A stretch of DNA of 64,000 bases from the human T2T-CHM13v2.0 reference genome, Homo sapiens: the NCBI RefSeq assembly GCF_009914755.1, contig NC_060935.1; one strand, 5' to 3'. The notes under the pieces were generated by a model. That model was not told the DNA's origin, ran no database searches, and worked only from the letters and a program-made list of their open reading frames with translations. This document shows, one piece after another, positions 63,860 through 64,000 of this stretch. Within the stretch, counting starts at the first letter, position 1; each line of letters starts with the position of its first letter. The translations under genes were made by a program, and so were the position numbers.

Positions 63860-64000
63860 ATAGTGGTTGCCTAGGGCTAGAAGGAAATAGGGAATGTCTG
63901 CTACTGGGTACCAGGTTCTTTTTGGGGTGAAGAAAATATTCTAAAATGGTGGTGATAATTGCACAATTCTGTAAACAGACTAAAAACTAGTGAATTGTAT
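63860..64000 (+). mobile_element. Old L1 3' fragment
   Basis: TAGTGGTTGCCTAGGGCT...TTTTGGGGTGAAGAAAATATTCTAAAAT...TTGCACAATTCTGT. Confidence 0.75.

Overview
Primate (most likely human) nuclear DNA, not prokaryotic. The window holds the complete AQP11 gene on + (CpG-island promoter, 3 coding exons, 271 aa, NPC/NPA superaquaporin) and, convergent with it on -, exons 2-7 of CLNS1A (pICln). CLNS1A exon 1 lies beyond the right edge. Nearly everything else is transposon-derived: an old L1 5' end, a rearranged HERV3/ERV3-like provirus nested in an Alu, a MER4-type LTR element, THE1/MLT LTRs, DNA-transposon fossils, L2/MIR and roughly 60 Alus. I found no convincing new multi-gene system. The most notable signals are (1) an 82-bp mitochondrial ND4-derived insert inside an Alu, with a fold-back junction; (2) a HERV3-like provirus with an inverted RT segment, an apparent APOBEC3-type G-to-A signature and LTRs whose divergence is strongly mosaic; (3) a probable L1 3' transduction at a target site used twice; (4) an inverted-Alu layout predicting CLNS1A circular RNAs. 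Exon boundaries were read base by base. Repeat boundaries are approximate. Family names and reference protein comparisons are from memory, not database searches.
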